A stretch of 64,000 bases of DNA from Nitrosopumilaceae archaeon. GTDB taxonomy: Archaea; Thermoproteota; Nitrososphaeria; Nitrososphaerales; Nitrosopumilaceae. The notes beneath the pieces were generated by a model. The model saw only the letters and a list, made by a program, of their open reading frames with translations, had not been told where the DNA came from and made no database searches. Position numbers and translations under genes: made by a program. Positions 20,126 through 31,323 of the stretch are shown one piece after another; the first letter of the stretch is position 1, and every line of letters starts with the position of its first letter. The stretch spans positions 192,001-256,000 of the forward strand of contig CBDATR010000010.1 in NCBI GenBank assembly GCA_965200155.1, given 5' to 3'.

Positions 20126-20500
20126 TCAGGGTTTTCGCATTATGGATGAAAAGCTATGAATCGCCTGTTCCATGGATTTTATTCCCAGTATGCGTGTTTG
20201 GGCGTACCATTTTAGGAAGATTTCATAGTTATCCAGATAAGCCATAGTTGTGTTGGTCCAGATATTCACAGATGTCTTGAACATCTCCTGTGCCGGTGTG
20301 TTATCAATTGTAAAACCGGCCTGCTCCAAGGCATAGACTGACTTGAAAAAATCATCTGCCACATGCGTGTATTCCCGGTAGATATCCGAATACATCTTGA
20401 TGTAGATTGGTATCTGTGAATCCATCTTCTTGAGTATACGCTTGCTACCGTCCCGCATTATATCGCAAGAAGTATCACTTGACATGTATATTTTAGCCAT
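20126..20500 (-). CDS. Hypothetical protein
   Basis: 124-aa ORF, no overlaps. Confidence 0.65.
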   Translation of the reverse strand: MAKIYMSSDTSCDIMRDGSKRILKKMDSQIPIYIKMYSDIYREYTHVADDFFKSVYALEQAGFTIDNTPAQEMFKTSVNIWTNTTMAYLDNYEIFLKWYAQTRILGIKSMEQAIHSFSSIMRKP

Positions 20501-20557
20501 TTTTGTCTATTAAATTATAGCTAAAACCCAAATATTTGACAACCGCGCCACTCCGGT

Positions 20558-21073
20558 CTAGAACGTCTGTTGCATATCGCTGCGTATCAAGTCTATCTTC
20601 TTGCGAAATGCCTTCTTTGCCAAGTCGTTATTTTTTAGGTTCATTACTCCGCCACAATTCCCGCACTTAAAGTCCAGTCCCAGCGTCTCCTCGAAAGTTA
20701 CCCGAGGGCAGTCATTACTGCCGCAATGATAGAATTGCGTGGAATTCTCATAATCCAGCCGCTGTTGGAGTCGCTCCATTATGTGACGCTTTTGGCTCTC
20801 GATGAATGTTTCCACCTCATCACGGCGAGTTCTCCAACGGTACACAAACCACCCCTTTCTCTCATCTTTGACGCGTATACCAGTTATCAGGGATTTCCCG
20901 AACAATCCATACAGTACCTTGCGCACCATGTTTATGCGCAGGCCGGTGGAGCTGGCTATCTCCTCATCGGTTGCATACTCGGTCTTTAAGAGTGACCGTG
21001 CCACCTTGAGGTACTCGTCACCACCGATCATCGCTGCTATACGAACAAAGGGGTCATCATACTTTCTTATCAA
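20558..21073 (-). CDS. tfe: Transcription factor E (TFIIE alpha-like)
   Basis: TDEEIA winged helix, GWFVYRW, zinc ribbon. Confidence 0.95.
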   Translation of the reverse strand: MIRKYDDPFVRIAAMIGGDEYLKVARSLLKTEYATDEEIASSTGLRINMVRKVLYGLFGKSLITGIRVKDERKGWFVYRWRTRRDEVETFIESQKRHIMERLQQRLDYENSTQFYHCGSNDCPRVTFEETLGLDFKCGNCGGVMNLKNNDLAKKAFRKKIDLIRSDMQQTF

Positions 21074-21099
21074 TCACTTCAGTACTTGGAGATATTATA

Positions 21100-21621
21100 T
21101 TAATCCGTTACTACACGCTTGCCCCTATCCTGCGGAATGATACGAAACACGCCTCCGGGCATCCGTGCATCCAACTGAGCGCCCTGCTGTATGCGATCCA
21201 GCAAGACAGCCAATGCTGCTATCTCAGAGTGTGGTTGGCTTCCGACCGATACGTTATAGTCCGCCATATCATATATTTCCCTGGGCACCTTGCCTGCACC
21301 TATTACCACCAGCATACGTTGCAGGCGCATCACACCAGATAGGACATGATTAAGCATCTGCCCGTACATGGTGAGATGTACGATGCCGTATGAGTCAGCT
21401 TTTTTGCGGCGTATGACGCCCCGTATATTGTCATCCAGTATTACCTGGAATTGCCCACCCCAATTGTGATTCACTGCCTGTACGGTGTCACGTATATCCG
21501 CGCTAGCCTCGCTCATGTATATGCAACGGGCACCAAAGGCCCTGGAGACCAGTGCTGCGTGAGTGGTTACACGATCGTCCCGTACCAGCCGCTGCCCCAG
21601 CCGGGCCACCTCTATTATCAA
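21100..21621 (-). CDS. trm56: tRNA (cytidine56-2'-O)-methyltransferase
   Basis: [25 protein letters not shown]; TTG start inferred. Confidence 0.9.
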   Translation of the reverse strand: MIIEVARLGQRLVRDDRVTTHAALVSRAFGARCIYMSEASADIRDTVQAVNHNWGGQFQVILDDNIRGVIRRKKADSYGIVHLTMYGQMLNHVLSGVMRLQRMLVVIGAGKVPREIYDMADYNVSVGSQPHSEIAALAVLLDRIQQGAQLDARMPGGVFRIIPQDRGKRVVTD

Positions 21622-22691
21622 TTTCCCTCCACGGCAGATACCAGTTGCCGCAATGATTGCAGACCCTGTCCGGTGACCGCGGAGATTGCCACCCACCGCT
21701 GTCTCTTTATGTCCAGTGTGTCAAGACATGCCTCCATATGGGGAATGGTGACTTTGTCTACCTTGTTCAGTGCAAAGACAAGCTTGGCGCGCTCTATGCC
21801 CAGCTGGTTTAGCGTGCTCATGCAGCTGCGATACTTTTTTTTCAGATTTGTCATATTGTCGCTTATATCCAGGACTACGATAATGGTGTCAGAGTATACC
21901 ATCTCCTCAAGAGTAGACCGGAATGCCTCTACCATATATGCGGGAAGCTTGTTGATGAATCCCACAGTGTCCGAAAGAAGGTATGTCGTGCCTTCTGCCT
22001 GGAATCGCCGTACTGTAGTGGAGAGGGTAGTAAAGAGATTCTCCCCCTGTTCCCGGTCTTCGCCGGTCAGGGCGTTGAATAGGGTGGTCTTGCCCGCGGA
22101 TGTATATCCCGCAAGGGATACAGTATGGAATCCCTGGCGCTTTCTCCCCTGCCGGTGCAACATACGCTGTTTGCCCGCCTTGGCTAGTTTGGCGCGGACC
22201 GAGGTCATACGATGCCGTATGTCATTGTAGTAAACATCCACCTCAAACTTACCTATCCCCATGAATCCCGGTTGCTCACCCATCTTGGCTAGACGGACCT
22301 TGTCCTTGGCACGTCCCGCCTCGTAGCGCATCTGCGCCAGTTTTACTTGTAGGCGCGACTCAGAGCTGGAGGCGCGCTTCTCGAATATGTCAAGTATGAG
22401 GGTCTCCCGGTCCAGGACGTTCCGGTGCAAACGGGAAGCCAGATTGTAATTCTGGCTGGGTCGCAGAACCTCGTCATATATTATCACGTCAGGGGTTAGC
22501 CTCTCGGCCAGATCATCCAGGCGCTCTACCATATACTCACTTATGCCATATTTGGGACGATCCAAAAATCGCTGGCGCATGATATGTGCAACCCCGTATC
22601 CGGCAGCATTGCAGAGAGCAACTGCTTCGTCCACCGCGTCCCGGCGGTCGTATGTGATTAGTATGGCAGAGCCCTCTTGTGTGACAGCCAT
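21618..22691 (-). CDS. hflX: GTPase HflX
   Basis: [22 protein letters not shown]. Confidence 0.95.
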   Translation of the reverse strand: MAVTQEGSAILITYDRRDAVDEAVALCNAAGYGVAHIMRQRFLDRPKYGISEYMVERLDDLAERLTPDVIIYDEVLRPSQNYNLASRLHRNVLDRETLILDIFEKRASSSESRLQVKLAQMRYEAGRAKDKVRLAKMGEQPGFMGIGKFEVDVYYNDIRHRMTSVRAKLAKAGKQRMLHRQGRKRQGFHTVSLAGYTSAGKTTLFNALTGEDREQGENLFTTLSTTVRRFQAEGTTYLLSDTVGFINKLPAYMVEAFRSTLEEMVYSDTIIVVLDISDNMTNLKKKYRSCMSTLNQLGIERAKLVFALNKVDKVTIPHMEACLDTLDIKRQRWVAISAVTGQGLQSLRQLVSAVEGN

Positions 22692-22694
22692 GTT

Positions 22695-23348
22695 TCACGC
22701 CACCATGGTATCCAAGGGATGGATTTGGGCTATGGTGCGAGCTGCCAGCATGTCACGCTTTCCCCTCTGGTTACAGTTCCTGCTGCGAGAGCTTGTGTTA
22801 GCCTCATTTACAAACTCCAAATTATAGGGCGGCAGATCCTCCAGGGACAGCAGGGCTGCCAGCCGCCTGGCCGTATGCATGTCACCATTACCCACTCGCA
22901 CGGTCCGATATGAGGAGCCAGACCACCGCAGCATGACAGAGATGTATGATACCAGATGAGTATCAGAAAAGAACAGTACCTGTTCCACTTCTTGGCCCGC
23001 ATAGAATACTGCCACGCCCAGGAGCTTGCCGGGATCTATGCCTATTACCAGATGATCATCAAATGCATCGGCGCCACATCTGCTCAGGAGTGTAGCTAGG
23101 GCTATTCCGTATCCCATGGCTAGTTCATAATCATACATTACGCGTACAGTTGGCGGTACGGGAATAACCTCCTGCGGCGTGGTTAGTACGATATGACCGG
23201 AATAGTCATGCATCTGCAAAGGCACCAAGACATCATATTTTATGCCCATATGCGAGAGCCATTGTGTAAACTTGTAGTACGGCTTGGCGCGGGCCGTGGC
23301 TACCCCAATGCGATATTTTTCGATGTGGTTAATGATATGATTATTCAC
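22695..23348 (-). CDS. Hypothetical protein with RNase H-like (YqgF-like) C-terminus
   Basis: VIGIDPG...VNEANTS...DMLAA. Confidence 0.65.
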   Translation of the reverse strand: MNNHIINHIEKYRIGVATARAKPYYKFTQWLSHMGIKYDVLVPLQMHDYSGHIVLTTPQEVIPVPPTVRVMYDYELAMGYGIALATLLSRCGADAFDDHLVIGIDPGKLLGVAVFYAGQEVEQVLFFSDTHLVSYISVMLRWSGSSYRTVRVGNGDMHTARRLAALLSLEDLPPYNLEFVNEANTSSRSRNCNQRGKRDMLAARTIAQIHPLDTMVA

Positions 23349-23385
23349 GTTAGGTTAATAATTTTTACGCGTCTTAGCGAGATTT

Positions 23386-24377
23386 TCAATAGTACGAAAA
23401 GTCCGCTTAGGATCCGGCGTACAGTAGTTCAGATTGCACAAGCCAGATGGTAAAGAGAATAACAGAGGAATCAAGACAAAAAGAGGCGTTGCCACAACCA
23501 AAATAGCTCAAGACATGAGACAAGACACGTACGAAGATTGTGAACCAGAGAACGGGAACGACTCGAGTAAAGATGGGCAGGTCCATGATACCAATCACCG
23601 CCACCCAGATACGAATGGTAACTGAAGCATACAGCAAGGATCCCGCCGTAGTACGTATTGCAAAGAGGCTTAGACAGAATTACAATATATCGCGCAGTAT
23701 ATCACATAATGAAAAAGAACGGTACAGCAGGATCATCACATGCAAAATCAGAGTGGGTACGCTATGAGCGTAAATATTCCAATGCAATGTGGCACTGGCA
23801 TGCCATGAATGAGCGCTTCAAGGGACTGAATCTCAGATGATGCATCCACCCACCCGCTCCAGGAGTCTCCTAGCGGCGGCGCGCTTCAAGGGACTGAATC
23901 TCATAGATGATGCATCCAGGTGTATAGTCGGAGCGGCACTATTTGAGCATGCAACCTCAGAGAACGCCATTCTATTACTGAGACGGGCAATGAAACGATT
24001 CGGCGCCCCTGCATCTCGGATAACGGCGCGTGTTTCGTAGGACAATAAAAGGGCAAAAAGAACTGGAAACCCACTATTCTAGGAAGAACTGCTGGATCAA
24101 GACATCATACTAATCAATTCCAGACCATACCACCCGCAGACAAATGGCAAACTGGAGCGCGTCCATGGAATGATTGAGGATGAGATATGACATTATGACA
24201 GTCTCCGGGATTATGTTGACTACTACAATGAGAGAATGTTGCACTTCTCACTGGATATAGATAACGGCGAAACGCCGCTTCAGGAATAAAAAGGCGACCC
24301 AGACAATTAGGGCAAATGATGTAAAATGGATGGAGCGAGATACCAATGACTAGCGGACCGACTTTTCATACATTACA
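23386..24377 (+). mobile_element. Degenerate IS481-family element, copy 1
   Basis: WVRYERKYSNAMWH, IDDASR, YHPQTNGKLER motifs; ends ...ATTACA; 16-bp flanking direct repeat CGTCTTAGCGAGATTT. Confidence 0.85.
23813..23918. repeat. 36/38-bp direct repeat around a 32-bp unique filler
   Basis: GCGCTTCAAGGGACTGAATCTCA(TA)GATGATGCATCCA at 23813-23848 and 23881-23918; single copy in IS481 copy 2. Confidence 0.9.
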
Positions 24378-24450
24378 CGTCTTAGCGAGATTTAACGCCG
24401 GATACACGTCTAAATCAATAGAGTGTATCAGGGCGAATCTCTGCCACGTT

Positions 24451-24538
24451 TGGTGCGGGAGGCGGGATTCGAACCCGCGAACCCCTTAGAGACAGGGTCC
24501 TAAGCCCTGCGCCTTTGACCAGGCTTGGCAACTCCCGC
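24451..24538 (-). tRNA. tRNA-Leu(TAG)
   Basis: Cloverleaf with long variable arm, anticodon loop CTTAGGA, encoded CCA. Confidence 0.95.
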
Positions 24539-24901
24539 AGACTATGCTGGATGATGGTGAATTTATCTATTGGTGATTGGGTGTTACCAAACAGGAACAG
24601 AACTGATCGCATAAAGACAGATCACACGGATAACAACCGTCAAGCATAAGTTGCGTATGTAAAAATAGGTCACACCTTCCCGGTATCTCACAAAAGGGGT
24701 ATCCTAGGTTTTTATCTAGTCCAGGGTTAGCTTGCTTATAACAAAATTACGTCGATTAGTCTACTCCCGTCCATTTTGAGTCGTCCTCCCCTGACGCGCA
24801 CCTGTTATGCCCTCTGAGTGATGACTCCATATTCTTCATGTTAAGCGCCCTAAACGGCCACAATATCACACTTAAAGACGCATTTGGGAAAATGTTGCGT
24901 A

Positions 24902-25771
24902 ATGGTAGACCAGTCTACAATGAAGGGTTTTGGTGGGACAGAACGGGTGAACCATGATGCAAGCGATTTTTACTCCCGAAAGATGTTTTCTGGCATAGAT
25001 TCAGACCAGTCAGAGTATGATAACAATATTGGTCAGTACCGCAATACCATACTAAATCAGGATAGTGCAAGGCTGGGAATGATACCGGATTCATGCGTTC
25101 ATTTGATGGTGACCTCACCACCGTACAACGTAGGCAAGGACTATGATGATGATATCACGTTATCACAGTATCTGGAGATGTTAAATGATGTATTCAAGGA
25201 GACATTTCGAATATTGGTGAATGGCGGCCGCGCCTGCATCAATATAGCCAATGTGGGACGCAAGCCGTACATTCCACTGCACTCGTACATCATTGGAATA
25301 ATGTCAAAGATTGGTTTTCTGATGAGGGGAGAGATAATCTGGGAGAAGGGAGCCGGTGCAGGGGCGTCTACTGCATGGGGTTCCTGGATGTCCGCCACTA
25401 ATCCCACACTCAGGGATACACATGAGTACATACTGGTATTTTCAAAGGGAAAGTTTGGCAGGAAACGCGGAATCAATACTATAACCCGGGACGAGTTCCT
25501 GGATTATACAAAAAGTGTATGGTCGTTCAAACCGGAGAGCGCTAGAGCGCTGAATCACCCGGCACCGTTCCCGGTGGAATTACCATACCGGTGCATACAG
25601 CTGTATTCATTCCAGGGCGATGTTGTGTTCGATCCATTTTGCGGTTCCGGCACCAGCGCAATAGCGGCAATCCGGTCTGGTCGTGATTACCTGATGGCCG
25701 ACAAGGACAGCGAATATGTCATGACTGCAAAGAAACGAGTAGAAAGTGAAATGTTTTACATCTCAAATTAG
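24902..25771 (+). CDS. Site-specific DNA methyltransferase (N4-C/N6-A, beta class)
   Basis: TSPPY, HPAPFP, DPFCGSGT. Confidence 0.9.
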   Translation: MVDQSTMKGFGGTERVNHDASDFYSRKMFSGIDSDQSEYDNNIGQYRNTILNQDSARLGMIPDSCVHLMVTSPPYNVGKDYDDDITLSQYLEMLNDVFKETFRILVNGGRACINIANVGRKPYIPLHSYIIGIMSKIGFLMRGEIIWEKGAGAGASTAWGSWMSATNPTLRDTHEYILVFSKGKFGRKRGINTITRDEFLDYTKSVWSFKPESARALNHPAPFPVELPYRCIQLYSFQGDVVFDPFCGSGTSAIAAIRSGRDYLMADKDSEYVMTAKKRVESEMFYISN

Positions 25772-25999
25772 TCCAACTTGGGCCATTCCCATTTGTACTG
25801 GATTTGGATTGGTATTCGTCCCATTTGGTCTATGAGTCCATGGTTCAAACGTGTGCTCAGACTGTAATAGTCGGGCGTGGACAATACTCAGGGGGACTGC
25901 TGGTGCCAAGTGCACCATTTATGCATGCCGAGACGACCCAAACGGTTACGCAGACAGCTTCACAAGATTTTTAATCTGTAGTTACTTTCAAAGCAATAA

Positions 26000-26077
26000 G
26001 CCCTTGTAGTATAGCCCGGTCTAGAATTCGGCCCTGTCACGGCTGAGACGCGTGTTCAAATCCCGCCAAGGGCGCCA
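26000..26077 (+). tRNA. tRNA-Asp(GTC)
   Basis: GCCCTTG...CAAGGGC-G-CCA; anticodon loop CTGTCAC. Confidence 0.95.
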
Positions 26078-26871
26078 TAATCCATTACAGCGTATATCTG
26101 GTCTGCCACATCTTTATCGGCCGCGGCCACAAAGGATACCCTGGTACCGTAACCCAGGTCCGCATCCAGGGGTTTCTTGTATTCATCCAGAATCAAGCCG
26201 CCAGCCTCCTTTACCAAGAGGTATCCCGCGGCTACGTCCTGTATTCTTATCTTGTTGCGAATATCCACAAAGGCATCCAACAGTCCCGCAGAGAAATGAG
26301 CCATCTCCAAGGCATTGGCCCCCATATGCCTTATGTGACTGTTCTTTAGTAGCGGCTGTATACACCGTACCATCTGCGCGTCTACGCCGGAGAGATTAAT
26401 GCCGATTATGGTGTATCCGGATTCACCCCTGCCCGCCTGTATTGGCTTATCGTCAAGAAATGCACCGCCACCACTACTAGCCTTATAGGTATGGCCACTG
26501 TGCAAATCCTTTATGACCCCGGCTACCACACCGCTCAGCGCGCAACTGGTGGCAAATGCCAGTGAGCTGCAAAAGAACGGAAAACCCCGTACCGCATTTG
26601 CCGTGCCGTCTATCGCGTCCATTATGACATAACCCTGAGGATCCGGAGATAATTCTACCCTGCCACACTCCTCGCCCAGTACCACGCAGGGAAACTCCTT
26701 CTCTCGCAAAAAGTCCAGTACCACGCCCTCTGCAGTAACGTCTATGTTCTTGCTGATATCACCACCGGCCCCCCGGCCAAAATCGCCTCCCGCGTTGGCG
26801 GTACCGGCCATATCCTTGACACTATGATATATGAGATCCGACGCTTCCTGTAGGATTGATAGGGGCTCCAT
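26056..26871 (-). CDS. Inositol monophosphatase / FBPase family
   Basis: GEE, DAIDGTAN, DVAAG. Confidence 0.9.
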   Translation of the reverse strand: MEPLSILQEASDLIYHSVKDMAGTANAGGDFGRGAGGDISKNIDVTAEGVVLDFLREKEFPCVVLGEECGRVELSPDPQGYVIMDAIDGTANAVRGFPFFCSSLAFATSCALSGVVAGVIKDLHSGHTYKASSGGGAFLDDKPIQAGRGESGYTIIGINLSGVDAQMVRCIQPLLKNSHIRHMGANALEMAHFSAGLLDAFVDIRNKIRIQDVAAGYLLVKEAGGLILDEYKKPLDADLGYGTRVSFVAAADKDVADQIYAVMDYGALGGI

Positions 26872-26963
26872 TCAAGAGGATACATACAAGCAGGTAATTA
26901 ATCCAGCGATGACATATGGGTACTCCTCAAAAGAATAAAAGGTAAGACAGGCATCCGCATGAT

Positions 26964-28064
26964 ATGATAGGCAAGGATGAATCTGTGACCAGTCGGGAAG
27001 GGCTGAGCAGTACAAAGGCAGGCAGGGCAATCATGAAAGAGGCACTCTTCAAGTCCAAGGGTTACCGCATGTTCAATCAGTACAGGGATCAAACTATAGA
27101 GCAGATGTACGATTTTGAGGAAAGATTCGTCAATGACTTGTTGCAAGCCATAAAGGAGGATAATAATCCCAACACGACACAGGAGGAGTTTGGGAGTATC
27201 GTGGGCACGGATCAGCTGGCCCTGGATCCTTCCATCACGGATACTGTGAAGACGCGACTGACAGACCGGTACACATTACAGGACAGGGTACGCCGTATAC
27301 TGAACTCAAATTTTGTCAAGATGACATTTCCCGTATTTAACGCACTCTTTGATGCCGCGAACCATGCAGACCATACAATGAAGCAAGATATAGTGGAGGG
27401 TCACATACTGGCAATAGATCTCAGCGAGCCCATGGATCGTATAGTAGACAAGGACGAGGATCAGGAATTCCTGGACGACTACAGGCTTATGATTCCATAT
27501 ATCCTAAGGATAGCACAGGAGAAGATAGGACGGGGAGGAGAGTCCGTGCTAAAGACTTTCGAGGAGGGCTTTGCGGACGCGCGCGCAGGCCAGTACATGG
27601 ACGAGAGACTCAAATCACAGCCCCATAGCATAACAGAGTCCCAGATGGACTTTTCCTACAAAAAGTATCGCGCCGTAATGGGGACGGCCGGTAGGAATAT
27701 GGCGCTCTCCGACTCTTCGTTAGGGGAGATATTCTACATGGGAATGTCCCACGCTGCAGAGGCGGTGGGATGTGGTAACGAGATGGAGGACTCGCTTCGT
27801 AACGGATACGTAAAGATACCTTCCTGGCCTCTCTATTATACCACTCTTGCAGGCGACATAAGCAAGGGATTCGCCAGTACCATGAAGAGGAGTGATACGT
27901 ATCTGGAACAGGCGCGCATATCACTGGACATATTACCGGATAACTTTACGCATATAGAGTTCCTAAAGTTTCTCTTTCTTACAGTGGAGCACTACAACCA
28001 ATTCTGGTACAACAAAATTACAAAGAACGACGCCTGGACCGGGCTTCGTATGCCGAAAGAATGA
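26964..28064 (+). CDS. Conserved hypothetical protein
   Basis: 366-aa ORF coupled to the downstream gene. Confidence 0.8.
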   Translation: MIGKDESVTSREGLSSTKAGRAIMKEALFKSKGYRMFNQYRDQTIEQMYDFEERFVNDLLQAIKEDNNPNTTQEEFGSIVGTDQLALDPSITDTVKTRLTDRYTLQDRVRRILNSNFVKMTFPVFNALFDAANHADHTMKQDIVEGHILAIDLSEPMDRIVDKDEDQEFLDDYRLMIPYILRIAQEKIGRGGESVLKTFEEGFADARAGQYMDERLKSQPHSITESQMDFSYKKYRAVMGTAGRNMALSDSSLGEIFYMGMSHAAEAVGCGNEMEDSLRNGYVKIPSWPLYYTTLAGDISKGFASTMKRSDTYLEQARISLDILPDNFTHIEFLKFLFLTVEHYNQFWYNKITKNDAWTGLRMPKE

Positions 28065-29209
28065 TGTGGTCGGAGCGGTATCGCCCCGCATCCATTGGTG
28101 ACATGGTGGGAAACGAGAAGGCGCGTAGCGAGGTAATGGAGTGGTTCCTAGAATGGAAGCCCGGAGCCAAACCACTGCTCCTTACCGGACCGCCTGGAAT
28201 AGGCAAGACCACCATAGCCAGCATAGCATCGGTCACCCTTGGCTATGACATGGTGGAGATGAACGCCAGTGATGCCCGAAGCAAGTCACGCATAAACAGG
28301 ATGCTAGGACCCACCCTGACCAGTACAGGACTGAGGGATAGAATGATGATATTCGTGGACGAGGTTGATGGCATACACGGCAGTTCCGATTATGGCGGGG
28401 GCGAGGCACTGCTACGCCTGTTAAAGAAGCCCCCAATTCCAATCGTAATGGCATCCAACTCTCAGGATACCGCCAAGATGAAGAGCATAGCAAAAGCCTC
28501 AAAGATGGTGCAGTTCCAACCGGTACCCCCCCGGCTTTTGCGCATGCGTTTAGTACACGTGCTAAAGCAGGAGGGCGCTACCCTGGGACCTGGTGCTATA
28601 ATACGAACAATATCCCAATCCCAAGGAGACATGCGCGCCCTGCTGAATCTGGCCCAATCCATGGTTACGGGATTCCGCCCGGAGACCGGACGGAGTGTCA
28701 CCGATATGGATGCCCAGAATGGAGTAGAGGCATTCTTTTCGGCAAAATCCCCCGACCAGGCTACCCTGATGCTATACACCATGCAGATAAATCCGCGTGA
28801 CAAGATAAACGCGTTCTACTCCAGTGTGGTGACCAGTACACTGGAGGCGCCCAAGATGGCACGCTTACTGAGAGTGTTATCACAAGCGGACATGTTGTAT
28901 GGTCGTATCATGGCCACACAGAACTGGAGACTCCTAAGGTACCTAAACACAATATTGACAGGGATGTACGGGAACGATACAACGGTTCAGTACGCCCAGT
29001 ATAACCTGCCGTTTCCTGCCATAAACCGAATTCGTTTTGATTCAGGCAGGATTGGCGCCATCAACAAATGGCTGGGCAAGCAGCTGCACATGTCCGCTAG
29101 CGCCGCGGCGAGTATTGCTACACCCTACTATATGGCACTGGTCCAGAACGGGACCCTGGAGGCGCCAGAAGAATTCCTGGACATCATAGCAAAGGAGGCC
29201 AAATCATGA
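28061..29209 (+). CDS. rfcL: Replication factor C large subunit
   Basis: WSERYRP, GPPGIGKT, EMNASD, DEVDG. Confidence 0.9.
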   Translation: MMWSERYRPASIGDMVGNEKARSEVMEWFLEWKPGAKPLLLTGPPGIGKTTIASIASVTLGYDMVEMNASDARSKSRINRMLGPTLTSTGLRDRMMIFVDEVDGIHGSSDYGGGEALLRLLKKPPIPIVMASNSQDTAKMKSIAKASKMVQFQPVPPRLLRMRLVHVLKQEGATLGPGAIIRTISQSQGDMRALLNLAQSMVTGFRPETGRSVTDMDAQNGVEAFFSAKSPDQATLMLYTMQINPRDKINAFYSSVVTSTLEAPKMARLLRVLSQADMLYGRIMATQNWRLLRYLNTILTGMYGNDTTVQYAQYNLPFPAINRIRFDSGRIGAINKWLGKQLHMSASAAASIATPYYMALVQNGTLEAPEEFLDIIAKEAKS

Positions 29210-29520
29210 GCTGGGTACAGATTAACATGAAGTTTGCCAGCGTCTGTATGATATGTAAGAAACGCCTAAGGGCAGGCGAGCCGGGCCTGTGGGCCAAGGG
29301 TGTGGGTGTAAAGCATGTTCAATGCGCCCAGGAGAGCGGCGCAACATGCATCATGTGTGGCAGTCCTGCCGGTTGCCAGCAGTGCTCTGTGTCAGAGGAC
29401 TGTGATTACAAGAATGTCTCCCTGTGCATATGCAGTAACTGTGAGGGTACAATTACCATAGCCAAGTATGGAATGGCCGCGGAGAAAAAGTTCCACGCCC
29501 TGAGTTCAGGCAAGGGCTAA
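29206..29520 (+). CDS. Cys-rich hypothetical protein
   Basis: Multiple CxxC; coupled start. Confidence 0.75.
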   Translation: MSWVQINMKFASVCMICKKRLRAGEPGLWAKGVGVKHVQCAQESGATCIMCGSPAGCQQCSVSEDCDYKNVSLCICSNCEGTITIAKYGMAAEKKFHALSSGKG

Positions 29521-29547
29521 ATTATACGCGCCGCAACAGAAATGTCA

Positions 29548-29621
29548 GGGTCTATGGCGCAGCCAGGTAGCGCACCGGACTTTTAATCCGGCTGTCGTGG
29601 GTTCGAATCCCTCTAGACCCG
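29548..29621 (+). tRNA. tRNA-Lys(TTT)
   Basis: CCGGA-CTTTTAA-TCCGG anticodon arm; GTTCGAATC. Confidence 0.95.
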
Positions 29622-29784
29622 CATCTATGCTCTTCCCAAGAGACACAAGTCGACATGCCATGTCGCAATAATGACCAAGGGATCATGCACATTATGTTCC
29701 CAGATTATACTTACTGTATATAGATAAAAAAGAATTATCATACTATGCGCATATTCTATATAGTATCACAGTCAATAAACAGGA

Positions 29785-30837
29785 ATGTCCGAGAAATACG
29801 AAACCCGTAAAATACAGTTTACCGGCAAGTCATCATATACAATATCCCTTCCAAAACCATGGATAGAGGACTTGGGACTGATGCAGGGGGACCTGGTTCG
29901 AATATACAGAAAGGGCTCCACTAACCTAGAACTGTATCCCCCCAATGTGAAGCCGCAAACACCACAGACTGAGGAAGCCACCATCGAGATACAACCCAAC
30001 GAGGAACCGGATGCCATCGGCCGCAAGCTTATCTCGCTGTACTTTATGGGATTCAGAATAATCAATATCAAGCCGCAGTCCGACAGACTGAGCCCGCACC
30101 ATCGCTTGCGCATAAAGGAGTCTGTCCGCCGCATGCTCATGGGCTCCGAGATAATATCAGACTCCTCGGATATGATAACTATTCAAGTACTGATCAATTT
30201 GGTGGAGCTCAATGTTGAGAGCGCCTTTAAGAGGATGGTACACTTGGCGAAGTCTGTCTCAAGGGATGCCCTCTTGGCAGTGCAGGAGAATAACCGGGAA
30301 CTGGCGAGGGAGGTAACTGACATGGACGACGAGATAGACCGGTTCAGTTTTTACATAATACGGCAGCTAAAGCTTGCCATACAGAGCGAACACATACTCA
30401 AGGAGGTGGGATTCCACAACGCTCGTGACTGCCTGGGATACCGGGTACTGGTCAAGAACATAGAGCGTGCAGGTGATCACGCAGTCATGATGGCCAAAGA
30501 CGTACTGGAATTCGACAAAAAAATAGACAAGGACGCCATTGCCGTACTGCAAGATATGAACGGCTTTGCTCTCTCTGTACTTGATGACGCCTGCCTGGCT
30601 CTGTTCAAGGCAGACTATATCCAGGCTGAGAACACCATCACAAAGGCCGCGCAGATAGCTCAGCACGAGAAGAACATTCAGGAAGTGACCGCATCTATAT
30701 GGGATAGCGAGATAGTATTCCGCATAAGACGCATAGCGGATAACATAAAGCGCATATCTGAGTATTCGGTTGACATTGCAGAGATAGTGCTAAACATGAA
30801 CGTAGAGAAGACGCTCAAGCAGAAAAGGATTGATTAA
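29785..30837 (+). CDS. phoU: Phosphate uptake regulator (AbrB plus PhoU domains)
   Basis: ETRKIQFTGKSSYTISLPK, DDEIDR, IERAGDHA. Confidence 0.9.
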   Translation: MSEKYETRKIQFTGKSSYTISLPKPWIEDLGLMQGDLVRIYRKGSTNLELYPPNVKPQTPQTEEATIEIQPNEEPDAIGRKLISLYFMGFRIINIKPQSDRLSPHHRLRIKESVRRMLMGSEIISDSSDMITIQVLINLVELNVESAFKRMVHLAKSVSRDALLAVQENNRELAREVTDMDDEIDRFSFYIIRQLKLAIQSEHILKEVGFHNARDCLGYRVLVKNIERAGDHAVMMAKDVLEFDKKIDKDAIAVLQDMNGFALSVLDDACLALFKADYIQAENTITKAAQIAQHEKNIQEVTASIWDSEIVFRIRRIADNIKRISEYSVDIAEIVLNMNVEKTLKQKRID

Positions 30838-31017
30838 TAAGTCTCATTTTCAGGGATGCGGAAAAGCGGCACATTTATTTAAATTTTAGTATGTTTTAGT
30901 ATACAATTCAATACCCTTTACTTCTGGAATAAAATTTACTTACAAATATGCCTAATTTTTTGAATAAATTAGGGATCTAATGTTAAATATGGTGTGAATC
31001 TACCATATACTATCAAA

Positions 31018-31323
31018 ATGACTTGTAAAGGAATTTGCACGAGATACAAGGCCCAAAAACCAGTAGGTACAGGCCGGTATGCATCAGGCCAACGGCGATG
31101 CCAGATATGCGAGATCTTCATAAAATGGGAGGGTCTCTGGTGTCCGTGCTGCGGGTACAGACTTCGAACAAAACCAAGAAACCTAAAGTACAAAGCAAAG
31201 CTGCGCGCCAGAGTGGAATCGATAGAAGCTCAAGAAGCCCAAAATGCAGAAGTGACCAGTTCAGGAAATGAATGGGTCCCAGACAGCCAGGCTCAAGAGG
31301 CAGAAGTACCGGTACAAAAGTAG
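31018..31323 (+). CDS. Small zinc-finger protein
   Basis: CKGIC...RCQIC...CPCCG. Confidence 0.8.
   Translation: MTCKGICTRYKAQKPVGTGRYASGQRRCQICEIFIKWEGLWCPCCGYRLRTKPRNLKYKAKLRARVESIEAQEAQNAEVTSSGNEWVPDSQAQEAEVPVQK

Noticed and set aside
21451-22230. Long antisense ORFs (also 11680-12435, 32989-33627, 56530-57366)
   Set aside because: Shadows of well-supported genes on the opposite strand; no motifs.
23370-24393. Casposon, suggested by the ~15-bp TSD
   Set aside because: Coding remnants are IS481/rve integrase motifs; no Cas1 or PolB.
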